Shown here: piece after piece, positions 53,044 to 63,358 of the stretch
How the letters are laid out: every line of letters starts with the position of its first letter
Position numbering within the stretch: the first letter of the stretch is position 1
Assembly: GCA_051362555.1 (NCBI GenBank)
Contig: JBPQGU010000016.1
Span: 5,890,001 to 5,954,000 of the forward strand
Length of the DNA: 64,000 nt
Reading direction: 5' to 3'
Origin: Lingula anatina
Lineage: Eukaryota > Animalia > Brachiopoda
Notes under the pieces: generated by a model
What the model saw: only the letters and a program-made list of their open reading frames with translations
What the model was told of the DNA's origin: nothing
Databases searched by the model: none
Program-made: the position numbers and the translations under genes

Positions 53044-53376
53044 GTAAAAATGATTTATTTGCATAAAAATAATAAATCTAGTTTTCTTCTTCACTGTCCA
53101 TATTTCCTCTATATGGGAAGTTTTGAAATGAATTCATTATGGCTAAATCAGTGAATAGAGGGGATTTTTATCATTTGAATTAAATAAATGTGAACATTTA
53201 TTTATTATCTCTTTATAAAACATTTAATTATATATTTGACATATTTAAATAATTTTTATTTCTTGTATGACCTGGTTCAGGTTAATGTTATTTATAAATA
53301 AGGAGTGGGAAAGATGCTTGAGATAGAAATAATTTTACTTATAGCTTCTGTGATAGTTTTAGTGCTTTTTTCTCAG

Positions 53377-53434
53377 TTCTCAAGTTGCCTCCCTGACTTG
53401 CAGTAAACCAGGACAGTATAAAGTAGATCTTAAG
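53377..53434 (+). CDS. CATSPERE: CATSPERE-like exon 4
   Basis: tctcag/gtcagg; (S)SQVASLTCSKPGQYKVDLK, cf. human LRCSSPG. Confidence 0.82.
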
Positions 53435-53708
53435 GTCAGGAACTGGTTTTTAATGTTAACCAACCAAACTGTTATTTCACTACCTGATCAGGCAAACATT
53501 TTTGAAGTAAAACTTAACTTTATAACTTACTGCACTTATTTGTAGTGAAAGAAATAAAGATTTTGCTTTGTTTTATGATAATGAAAAAGTCATTATTGAA
53601 TGTTTCTAGCTGAAGATTATTGTAAATAGAAGAGGGGATTTTTCTCATTTCCTACATGCTTCTCAGCCTTGTAAACTGCTGTAAATTAACATTTTCTTTT
53701 ATCTTCAG

Positions 53709-53803
53709 TTGAACGGCAGCAGCACAGAGGAAGCAGGCCGCTATATAAATGTTCAGGCCTACCACGCCTGTTATCGATGGTACTTGGTTAAAAGCGATAA
53801 TCA
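53709..53803 (+). CDS. CATSPERE: CATSPERE-like exon 5
   Basis: cttcag/gtaagg; LNGSSTEEAGRYINVQAYHACYRWYLVKSDN, cf. human EERYLFVESSHTCFLWY. Confidence 0.87.
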
Positions 53804-54081
53804 GTAAGGGTTATTGTCTTATTGATTAAATAATAGTTTGGAATTTTTTGTGAGTCCTTTTAAATTAAGAAGACACATCTTTAACTAGTTTCAGTAAGTT
53901 AGATATGGAGACATGAATACTTTGACAGAACTTGGAAGTAGAAAAAAAATTAATAGCTGATTGGTATCCTTTGACTACATGGGCCAAGCTTGTGTCTTAT
54001 ACTATAGCAATGTATTTTTCCCTTTTCACAATATTTGTAAAGTCACTGGTACGTTTATTGTTGAATTTATTTCTCTTTTAG

Positions 54082-54139
54082 ATCTTTATCTGTTTCAATT
54101 CATCATGAAAACACTGAATCAACATCAGACCATACCATG
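54082..54139 (+). CDS. CATSPERE: CATSPERE-like exon 6 (GC donor)
   Basis: ttttag acceptor; (Q)SLSVSIHHENTESTSDHTM; ATG|GCAAGT is the donor that gives the phase 2-to-0 bridge needed between exons 5 and 7. Confidence 0.65.
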
Positions 54140-54684
54140 GCAAGTAGAGCAGTGGATTTTTATTGTGGCCCTAATTTTAGTCCCTGATTTTTAATGTCTT
54201 TTTATTAGTCTGGTTTAAGTCACTTGTTAGGAAAATCATGCATAATATGTTTGCATTGAAATGAAGATATACATGTGCTTGTAGCTTTAGGGACTGTTTG
54301 TGGGATTTTGGCTCGGAATTTTTTTCTGGTGTTATTTAAATATTTAAAGTGATTGTCATCATTAGATTTAATGTCTTGTTTATGTGTTTTTAAAGGCTTT
54401 TTTCATGACTTGTCTAGTAAGCAGTTATGATGTTATCTTCATTTTCACTTTGTTTTAGAAAATCAATAAAAAATACAGTTTTTTCAAAACCTAAAAATAT
54501 GATGAAACAGGACTTTCACTCATGATCATAAATGCATTATACATGTACAAAAAAAAAAAAAGACCAATTAAAACATTAAAATGGCTTAAATCTTACAAAC
54601 AGTACCTTTAAACTTTTGACATTAATTTTTGTCATACTCCTTTACTTATAGAATGAAATGTCACATTCTTCTGTCTGACTTCAG

Positions 54685-54765
54685 GATATCTACAAAGTAT
54701 GGGTTGTGAATGATCAGCATGTATCTGCCAGGGAAAGAAATGGTACAGCCCAGATCCCCTCAGCA
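54685..54765 (+). CDS. CATSPERE: CATSPERE-like exon 7
   Basis: cttcag/gtaagt; DIYKVWVVNDQHVSARERNGTAQIPSA, cf. human ITVWAYD...LLGNAEEPS. Confidence 0.83.
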
Positions 54766-55088
54766 GTAAGTATAAATATTGTCCATACTCAGCCCAGATC
54801 CCCTCAGCAGTAAGTATAAATATTGTCCATACTCAGCCCAGACCCCCTCAGCAGTAAGTATAAATATTGTCCATACTCAGCCCAGACCCCCTCAGCAGTA
54901 AGTATAAATATTGTCCATACTCAGCCCAGACCCCCTCAGCAGTAAGTATAAATATTGTCCATACTCAGCCCAGACCCCCTCAGCTGTAAGTATAAATATT
55001 GTCCATACTCAGCCCAGACCCCCTCAGCTGTAAGTATAAATATTGTCCATACTCAGCCCAGACCCCCTCAGCTGTAAGTGTTGATACT
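54746..55088 (+). repeat. 44-bp minisatellite, about 8 copies, spanning the exon 7 donor of CATSPERE
   Basis: unit cagcccaga(t/c)cccctcagc(a/t)gtaagtataaatattgtccatact starting at 54746, 54790, 54834, 54878, 54922, 54966, 55010 and 55054 (last copy degenerate). Confidence 0.97.
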
Positions 55089-55623
55089 GTTTATAGATCC
55101 TCCACAGATGTTAAGAATGTGATTCGAAATATATGGTGTTTTCATTTTAGTTGTTGAATGATAAATATAAACCTTACAAAAAAAGAAAAAAATGGAATTA
55201 AAAGGATTAAAGATGAGAAACTACCTTATTATTTAAAGAAAATTTATTCTGGTGGACGACTGCATGTCAAAAACCTCAAAAACCTATCCCATTTCTTATG
55301 ACCCAAGACAAGGTAAAACTTGCATCTTATTTAAATAAACAATTCTTAATTTTCCAGAAATAAACAAAGCAAATTTACATTTCACGAAATTTGAATCTGA
55401 CTAGCTTAATACCACGCTTTAAGTACAAATAGATAAAAAAAGTTTGTTTCAGAAGATGGACATTTGTTAAAAAAAAAGTTTTAGCTAGCAGGATACATTG
55501 TCACCACTGAAGTTCTCAAAATTCAATACCAATAAATTGACAAAAGAGAAACCAATAAACAAAGAAATTTAATGGTCTCAGATGTAAAGTAAGTTAGTCA
55601 CCAGTGTACATAATATCCCAGCC

Positions 55624-57093
55624 TTACTCAAGGTATTTGAACTTTTTGACAATGTGATGGTCAGAGTCTGCCACATACACATGCCCGTCATTGGTCACTG
55701 CTATCCCCCTGGGCCAGTGGAGAGGGCTGCCTGTGCTTTCAATACACAACACGAACTGACCGTTGCGGTCAAATACCTGGACTCTGTTGTTATACTGGTC
55801 TGCCACCAGAATATGGCCGCAATGGTCAGCTGCCACTCCCTGGGGCCCCCGGAACTCCCCCTTTCTGTGCCCCTTCTGACCAAAGTTGAAAAGGTAGTTC
55901 CCCACCTCATCAAACACGTGGATGCAGTTGTTTGAAGTATCTGAGACCACGATACTGTCGTCATCCATGACACACACACAGTTAGGGCCACGGAAGTTTT
56001 TTAATCCTCTTCCGCTGACTGTTTGTATTTGTTCCCCGCTGGTGTCCGAGAGGATGTAGAGACACTTTCCAAACAGGTCAGCCACTATGATCTGATCCTT
56101 GCTGTTAATAGCCAGGTGCATCCCACACTGGAAGGGTTGGGTGGCCATGCTCACCTGTTCTCCCGTTTTTGTTAGTTTTGCGATCGTGTTCACACACCCT
56201 CCCAGATGCTGGTCTTTCTTCATCAGAGGACAGATGAGCATGTCGTCAGAACTGCAAACAGCAACCCCCACGGCGTTGTAATCTTTCAGATCACCGTCCA
56301 GTTTGAAGTGACTCTTGAAAGTTCCAAGTTCGTTGAAGATCTGAACCCGACATAGCTCGTCGACTACGTAAACATCCCCTGTGAGGTCTACTGTGAGGGT
56401 ACGAGGAAAGTTGAACAGCCCAGGTTCTTTTCCTTTTCCGCCAAACCAAAGGACAGGATCATTGCTCTGTACGTCAAACTCAAACTGACTTCCTCGTACT
56501 GTAGTCTTGTTGTCAATCGGGTTGACGGACCCGTAGTGCATGCCTGAAACCTGGGGCTTGAAGTGAGCAGTGTATGTGCCGTCTTCATTGTCTTGAACAG
56601 CACACTTGATGACATCATTGTATTTGTCCCTTATCTCAACTTCCACTGGGTAACCAGATAGTGCCACCTTGCTGCTGCTGGAGAGTGTTATGTCCACTGT
56701 GGACGTGAAACCTGCTGTGGCGGGAACCGTCTCAACCTGGACCACTGCCGGGAGCTGCTTTTCGTCATGGCGGACTTGGATGTATTCCTGGGCAGACGAC
56801 ACATACTCTACGCAAGGACCGCTGTCAAACTCGATGTAATTTTTCCCAGAGTCTGTGTGGGTGTTGTTGTACTCCTGGACCTTGTTTTCCAACATTTTGC
56901 AGTGTGTTGTTGCCATGGTGACGAGGTTTGGGACGTCCAAGTCTCGTAGCGCAGCGTTGTATACTTGTACTGTGCTGTCCATACAGAGGATTTGGCTCTC
57001 ACAGGAATCTATGTGCTGGTCAAGATGTTTGGATTTCTCTTGAAATTTCTCCTGAATGGTGGTGGTGACTTCCTGGTGTTTTTTCTTTATGAC
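55624..57093 (-). CDS. TRIM-NHL protein, coding exon 2: coiled coil, filamin/Ig domain, NHL repeats
   Basis: tttacag acceptor in phase 0; VQDNEDGTYTAHFKPQVSGMH filamin signature; NHL motifs FNFPRTLTVD, FRGPQGVAADHCGHILVADQYNNRVQVF, LHWPRGIAVTNDGHVYVADSDHH; about 772 aa in total; minus-strand AATAAA at 55243-55248. Confidence 0.93.
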   Translation of the reverse strand, partial: VIKKKHQEVTTTIQEKFQEKSKHLDQHIDSCESQILCMDSTVQVYNAALRDLDVPNLVTMATTHCKMLENKVQEYNNTHTDSGKNYIEFDSGPCVEYVSSAQEYIQVRHDEKQLPAVVQVETVPATAGFTSTVDITLSSSSKVALSGYPVEVEIRDKYNDVIKCAVQDNEDGTYTAHFKPQVSGMHYGSVNPIDNKTTVRGSQFEFDVQSNDPVLWFGGKGKEPGLFNFPRTLTVDLTGDVYVVDELCRVQIFNELGTFKSHFKLDGDLKDYNAVGVAVCSSDDMLICPLMKKDQHLGGCVNTIAKLTKTGEQVSMATQPFQCGMHLAINSKDQIIVADLFGKCLYILSDTSGEQIQTVSGRGLKNFRGPNCVCVMDDDSIVVSDTSNNCIHVFDEVGNYLFNFGQKGHRKGEFRGPQGVAADHCGHILVADQYNNRVQVFDRNGQFVLCIESTGSPLHWPRGIAVTNDGHVYVADSDHHIVKKFKYLE

Positions 57094-57295
57094 CTGTAAA
57101 TAATAATATTACTGTAACTTCATAGGCTGTAAGTAAAATTGATCACTATTGCATAAGTGTAGTTATACATTTTTTCACACCTTATCTGATCAAAAGCATA
57201 ACAGTGGGGAAAATGTATTTCCTTTTTAACTTGAAGAACATATTTAATTAAATAGATATTATATAGTAAAACAGTTGAAAATAAGTATTAATTAC

Positions 57296-58144
57296 CTCTA
57301 TCATTTTAGCAAATATTTCGTCAGCTTTCTGCAGGGCTGTCTTCTTCACACTTGCCAACATTTCTTTCTCTGCCAGCACATCTTCCACATGCATCTGCTT
57401 ATCACTCACCGCCTGTTTTACACAGACGATATCTTTGCGTAGTTTGTCAGCCATGATTTCTCCAGCTTGGTATATGTCGCAGATGTCATGGTCGCTGTGG
57501 TTGACCATCGTACCTGATTCTTCAGTGGCTGGAAAGTGGTTGAGTTTTGTGCCACTTGGTGCAGATTTCGTGGTGTTAAAAGATTTTTCGCTGCTAGTTT
57601 CATTTTCATCATCAGCGTCAGTTGTATGCTGACTTTGATGATCGTCATCTAGGTCTGTCCCATTGTTGCTTTCTAATTCTTGATGACGTAGGTTGTCCGA
57701 GTCGACACTTGTTGTGCTACCATTGTGTTGAGCAATTTCATTGGTTGTGTTGACATTGTTGACAGTTGTTGCCCTGGTAACTGCATGGGAACAGATATCG
57801 CAGACAGTTTTTTGACAAGTTTTACAAAACCCTGTAACGTCCTGCCCTGGATGCTCTGAGCAATGGACTGACTGAGAGCCAACATTTCTATGATCTGAAT
57901 TGTGAATTGTTTCAATTAACTCCACCAAGTTGGTCTTTCCTTTAAGCTCTTGAATATGTGAAGTATAATCAGGATCTTCTCTGTTACGGAACAGTAACAG
58001 TAGAGAACAGTCTGGACAGAGCTCATGGTCAAATGGCAGGTGTGTTAACTGAAGGTGCTGGTCAGTGTCTGAGGGGTACTGTGTGGTACACACCTGGCAA
58101 ACTGAAGACCCCTCCTGATAACAGCTATTGTCTGGGCTGTCCAT
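57296..58144 (-). CDS. TRIM-NHL (TRIM2/TRIM3-like) protein, coding exon 1: degenerate RING, B-box with insertion, start of coiled coil
   Basis: acceptor ttttcag|cccacaATG (exon starts 58150); MDSPDNS...CSEHPGQDVTGFCKTCQKTVCDIC...HSDH...AKMIE; donor GAG|gtaat; 283 codons. Confidence 0.8.
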
Positions 58145-59621
58145 TGTGGGCTGAAAATAGAATTGTTTACTGTCATTGGTCAATAAATTTAAACAAGATG
58201 AATATTGATAAATTTCCACAAACTTTGTTTTGTTAGTAATACTGTAAATTAAATGATTCTGAAGTTTTTAAAAGTGATTTGGCTTTGTGACAGAAATTAT
58301 GTTATTTTATAACATAAATGATTAAGTTTGAAAAAATTAGATATTTAAATAAATTTTGAAAATTTCAAATAATTATGGTAATATTTGGAAGTTGACAGCC
58401 TGGTGATTTTTTGGGCGGGGGGGGGGGGGTCACAATAGCTGTTGTCAATATTTCAACATTGGTTCACATTAAAACTTAATTTATTGCACCTAAAGAATTT
58501 TAAAGTTTCTATCTTCAGACTATAGTGTTACTGAGAGGCAAAACCTTCACTTGGCCTTGCTATTACACTCTATTGTAACTGCCCAGATAGCATGTCTCTG
58601 GTGGATTGTCATGTATAGATGGCAGACCAGTATGTATATATGTAGAACAAATGACAGCTTGGATTTAGTTGAACGCCCTGTGTACAAGCTATCTATCAAT
58701 CAATACCCCACACAGTCCCATCCCAGCCAATCTATTCAGATTATGAAATTTAACTTTGATAATTTCTGCCCCTAAGCCTTGTAACTAAGGCCTATCAAAT
58801 CAGCTCTTAACAGAAATCAACACACAAGTTAACTTTCATAGAGGCTATACTGACTCACATCTGGTAGACTAATGTAAATCTCATTTATACACTCCAGTTA
58901 TATTTTAAATCCCTGAACTGATTTATTTCAGCATGTTCTCAGTACAGTATGCCTGGTGTAGCCTGCTTGTTACTATGGCATTTGTCATTAAATGATAAAG
59001 TTGCCAACGAGGTAAAAAGCGTAACCCACCTGTTCTGTGCCTGCTGCCCTGTACCTGTGTTAACGTTGCTATGCAGGGAACATTTGTAGACTTATCGATG
59101 AACTTGAGATAAGAGCAGCCAATAGTTTGTGCTGAGCAAGGGAAAATCAATATGGCTAAACACTTAAAAGGGTTGCAGTCTAAATCAATAAGTTATGAAA
59201 ACGATCCGGGATCAATCAATAAGCTGATGTGCACATAGATTATTTTACTAGGGGTGTGGGACTGTGAAGTGCAATTTTTCACCCATTGGGCCATGTTGAT
59301 CTAGCATGTGATCAAGATTTTTGATTTTTACCACAAAAATGGGGTCATGCTCATTAAGTTGAATTATTGTTATGGCATTATAATTTTTATCATATCAGTA
59401 ATGTATGGTTAATAAACGTAGCTATTCTAAGTGTGATTTTTTAAACAAAAGTTAATTGTTAAACTAAGGAAACATTTTAATGTCTATATTTCATAATGTT
59501 GGTGCAAATGTATGCAGTTTTAGGCATGTAAGAAGTACATCAATAAGTTAACAGTCATTATTTTAAAGTTTTTTTTCAAATTTTCATCTCTTTTCTAAAT
59601 AAATTCCTGCACAATTTCCAG

Positions 59622-59746
59622 TATTCCCAAGTCCTAAGCAAACAATTCCATTACCTGGGCCAGCAGCCTCATGTTCAGTTTGCCCTGCAGTCCAAACATA
59701 TGCCTCACAGAGAGGTCACCTTGCGGGAATTTGACCAGAACTTGGG
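59622..59746 (+). CDS. CATSPERE: CATSPERE-like exon 8
   Basis: ttccag/gtgagg; YSQVLSKQFHYLGQQPHVQFALQSKHMPHREVTLREFDQNL(G), cf. human SIVLSTQMATLGQKP. Confidence 0.85.
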
Positions 59747-60025
59747 GTGAGGAGTGTATTTTTCCCTACCTCTGGAAATTACTAAAACTTGGTTTTTGTT
59801 TGAAATATGAAGAAAACCTTTTTAATGAATCAACTTAATACTGTAAGATATGTTGTCTGACTGAAGTTTTAAAAAAATGGGATTTTTTTTTACTGAAGTA
59901 TGAATAAAAGATTATCATTAAGATGATTTAAACTGAAATGGAATTATATTAAGCATCTTCAATGACAGTGAAGAGGTTTGTTACTCTCATTCAAGTCATT
60001 GTTTTCGTTTCTTTTTTGCATACAG

Positions 60026-60124
60026 GATTTGGATATTTTCAATTTCTTCCCACCCTGAAGATGTACAAACAAGCTTTAAGATAATTGGCAAACGACCAGT
60101 CGCTGTTTATGAGTGCTTCATAGA
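60026..60124 (+). CDS. CATSPERE: CATSPERE-like exon 9
   Basis: tacag/gtatgt; (G)IWIFSISSHPEDVQTSFKIIGKRPVAVYECFI, cf. human GTWRI...IRGNQVTFQDCFI. Confidence 0.83.
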
Positions 60125-60375
60125 GTATGTAAACATCACTTGATTTTATTCCATTTTATTTACTTTTAATTAACTTATAATTACTTGAAATTTTCTTTTC
60201 ACAAAGATAAATCTAAAAATTTCAATTAAATTGATTATCTTTGTTTGTAGTTCATTGATATGTAGAGTATATAAACAATTATTTCATTTAATTTTTTTAA
60301 TGCAAAGATAAGAAATTGTGTGAGGAGATCTTTCCATAGTCAGAAATTTATTTGTATATTGTTTGTATTTTGTAG

Positions 60376-60436
60376 GGACACATTTATTTTGCAACCAGAA
60401 GAGAAATACCAGATGATGAGAGAATCCAGAACAGAG
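60376..60436 (+). CDS. CATSPERE: CATSPERE-like exon 10
   Basis: tgtag/gtatag; (E)DTFILQPEEKYQMMRESRTE; phase 2 to 0 fits its neighbours. Confidence 0.7.
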
Positions 60437-60584
60437 GTATAGAATTTGGTTTTCTTCATTTAAAGTTAAAGTACCTAAATTTTTGTATCAGAACAGTGCA
60501 TCATATGTGATTGTAATAGACTAATAGTTACTAATTTGAAATTTTGCTATAAAACCTTGAAAGCAAAGCTCCATTTCTTTTTAG

Positions 60585-60629
60585 GACAGTATTTTCACTG
60601 CCAATAAGATCAAGCCTAGGATGATGAAG
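60585..60629 (+). CDS. CATSPERE: CATSPERE-like exon 11
   Basis: tttttag and AAG|gtaagc; DSIFTANKIKPRMMK; phase 0-0. Confidence 0.65.
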
Positions 60630-61068
60630 GTAAGCAACCAGAGGGAGGTCACTGGTATTTGTATTATTGAAGCAAAAATTACAAAAGAAAAATGAAAATG
60701 GTTTATATTAGGATGCTGTTGCTTTAAAACAGCAGAGCTTATGAAAGAAATGTGAAATTTTTTTTGCATATATATACCAAATATGCCTAACTCTGTAGGG
60801 CCTTTTTCGCTGCCTCTCTTTTAAAGTTCTTTTATATATATGGCAAGTAGAGTACATAATATTATGTCACATTACTTTATGTTGGGTAAATATTTGAATA
60901 CAGGCAACCTCTGACCGAGTAAACATGACCATGAAGATAAAAGAACTTGGTGAGAGAAGAGGTCCACGTCTTCATTTTTGCACATGTCCTTATTTGTTAT
61001 TAAATCTGTCAATTTATTTCGCCATTTTGATCTCATTATGCCAACATTTCTCTCCCTTTCTCCCCCAG

Positions 61069-61106
61069 GATCCCTGCATGCAAAATGTGGCTGTAGTTTT
61101 AGCCAG
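61069..61106 (+). CDS. CATSPERE: CATSPERE-like exon 12
   Basis: long pyrimidine tract plus cag, AG|gtag donor; DPCMQNVAVVLA, cf. human DACVVASAVLV. Confidence 0.78.
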
Positions 61107-61525
61107 GTAGTCTAGCTGGTTGTTCTCTTGGGCAGGAGTGTCCTTGTGTGTTGTTCTGCTTATGCTAATTCCATTTGTGTTGTATATTTGGATATTTACT
61201 TTGTATTCATTTTATGATATTGTTTGGTGCTGTTGCTTCTTTATTTAATGTTTTATATTGAGGAAAATACTTTGGAGAGGTTTTTTTTTTATTGTAATCC
61301 ATGTAAAATGTAGGATAGCATTATTGTTTTTATTTTTAAATTTTTTCATACTCAGCAAATAATTTGAAGCACAAAAAGTGCATTTTAAGTCCTGATCATT
61401 CTGAAACCATAATATGGATATTTTACTGCATTGTGTGCATATTTGTTGATTGTGTATTGAACTCTATTTACAGTTTTATTTCAGTTACATCTGTATGAAT
61501 TAAATAAAAGCCTATTGTATTCCAG

Positions 61526-61595
61526 GGATGAGCTGTTAATGTCCCAGGATAACTTTGCCAGTACCCAGCACTTGGGTGTGCCTGCAGGATTCCAG
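61526..61595 (+). CDS. CATSPERE: CATSPERE-like exon 13
   Basis: ttccag and CAG|gtatt; (R)DELLMSQDNFASTQHLGVPAGFQ, cf. human TTDSFKSWTRIRVP. Confidence 0.78.
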
Positions 61596-62125
61596 GTATT
61601 TCCATTGTGTTGGGATGTTCCCCTGGCTCTCCTAACACAATCTATATGTTACACTTACTGCACATTACTTGATTCCATCACACTGGTGGACAGGGGTATT
61701 CTGATGTTCATTCCATTAAAGTTAATCTTGTTTTCCTACATACCCCTGCAACTTTCAGGTAAAAAAGCTGATGATCAAGTAAGAAATGGATAATTGGACA
61801 ATTTTGTCTTTTTGACACCTGGAACAAAGTACCTTTTATTGGTTCACATGCACTTTTATATTTCTTGTGATGCAAGATGTTATCCATTTTAAGAGCAGAA
61901 TTCCTGTAAATTTAATAGTTATTTTTTTATAAACGGGGAGGTCTGGCAGAGGTCACTAAATCTCATAGCATGCTTTTCTTCCCAGCTCTTGGAAAATGGT
62001 CATTTGAATAATTTCTTTCATATGACAGCTCTGTATCAATTCTTATTCCAATCTTAATGATTCCTTGCCCAGGAGACCAAGGGTTATTACTATAAAGGAT
62101 ATTGATATCATTTGATTTCTCTCAG

Positions 62126-62237
62126 GGCGGCCGGACCATTGATTGGGTGACCTTTATAGATGATCATATTGTGCTGCTGATAAATGGAAGTGTTTATCTC
62201 AGGGGGAAAACAAACGAGTCACTCCTGGAAATTGAAG
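62126..62237 (+). CDS. CATSPERE: CATSPERE-like exon 14
   Basis: ctctcag/gtaggt; GGRTIDWVTFIDDHIVLLINGSVYLRGKTNESLLEIE, cf. human IVFLINGVLYIK. Confidence 0.85.
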
Positions 62238-62792
62238 GTAGGTTTTGAATTGATGAATTCTATAAAAACTTGAATTGTGGGAGATATTGATATCGACAAT
62301 CAGCTGGTTGTGACTAATGCTTGTGTCAATTTTTTGGACGGGGGGAGGATTTGACTGGAATAACCTGTGATTTAATTGTATAAGTTTGAGAGCAAAAGTT
62401 AATCGTGTTTATAATGTCATTCTCTGTGTGACAATAATTAGGTATAGAATATAAATGTAGAAACAAGACTTCTAACCTTTGCCCCTCAAATTATTTTGAA
62501 ATTGTTCAAAATGAATTGAAGAACTTAAATCTCAAGATTTTTATTGAACAAAAACCAGAAATCTTGAAAATATTTTGGAATGTGCAATGATTTGTAGACA
62601 AAATACTATTACTACCAACTTTTAAATCATTGTCTAGCATCTTTTTGTTCTAAACCAGATTTTTTAATTAAGCCAATGCACCAATGAATAAATAAAGCTG
62701 TTACCAAAAATTAAAAGAGAAAATATCCATTTATAAGGCAAATGCATAAGTGCATTTTAGTTATTAAACGATATATTGTTTTGTAATGACAG

Positions 62793-62857
62793 GTCTTCCA
62801 GGTGACATCTTGGGTATCAGGGGCAGAGACACCTGCAGTGAGGGGGTGTTAGCACTG
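62793..62857 (+). CDS. CATSPERE: CATSPERE-like exon 15
   Basis: gacag/gtaagt; (G)LPGDILGIRGRDTCSEGVLAL, cf. human LPDGGITGISSRKWC. Confidence 0.8.
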
Positions 62858-63266
62858 GTAAGTATCACACAGGTAGACAAGGATAGAGGGTGAGGGTGGG
62901 GGGTTGAAGAGACACCAGCAGTGAGGGGGTGTTAGCACTGGTAAGTATCACACAGGTAGACAGGGATGGAGGGTGGGGGTGGGGGGTTGAAGAGACACCA
63001 GCAGTGAAGGGGTGTTAACACTGGTAAGTATCACACAGGTAGACAGGGATGGAGGGTGGGGGTTGAAGAGACACCTGCAGTGAAGGGGTGTTAACACTGG
63101 TAAGTATCACACAGGTAGACAGGGATGGAGGGTGGGGGTGGGGGTTGAAGAGACACCAGCAGTGAGGGGGTGTTAGCACTGGTAAGTATCACACAGGTAG
63201 ACAGGGATGGAGGGTGGGGGTGGGGGGTTGAAGAGACACCAGCAGTGAGGGGGTGTTGACACTGGT
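62825..63266 (+). repeat. About 83-bp G-rich minisatellite, 5 copies plus a partial copy, spanning the exon 15 donor
   Basis: agagacacc... unit starts at 62825, 62908, 62991, 63067, 63149 and 63232. Confidence 0.96.
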
Positions 63267-63358
63267 GTCACATTGTTAGATACTAGTACAAGAATATTAT
63301 TATTGTTTTATTATTCTTATTCTTATGTAGAGACTTTTCTATATTTTATTTTTTCCAG

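Noticed and set aside
53709-53712. In-frame TGA (selenocysteine?) if exon 1 were spliced directly to 53709
   Set aside because: Exons 2-4 supply the correct phase; the exon reads TTG AAC... with no stop.
54746-55088. CRISPR-like array
   Set aside because: Units are contiguous and near-identical with no unique spacers, there are no cas genes, and the context is eukaryotic; it is a minisatellite.
56909-56922. X-box-like GTTGCCATGGTGAC
   Set aside because: It lies inside TRIM coding sequence (VTMAT) and can be explained by codons; there is no independent support.
58145-58219. N-terminal 25 aa of ORF 57248-58219 (and its last 15 aa)
   Set aside because: They lie beyond the acceptor at 58151 and the donor at 57295; intronic, or UTR for the 6 nt before the ATG.
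61596-61793. ORF-track extension (DSITLVDRGILMF) as coding sequence
   Set aside because: A CAG|gtatt donor at 61596 joins in phase to exon 62126, which matches the family better; the extension is intron read-through.
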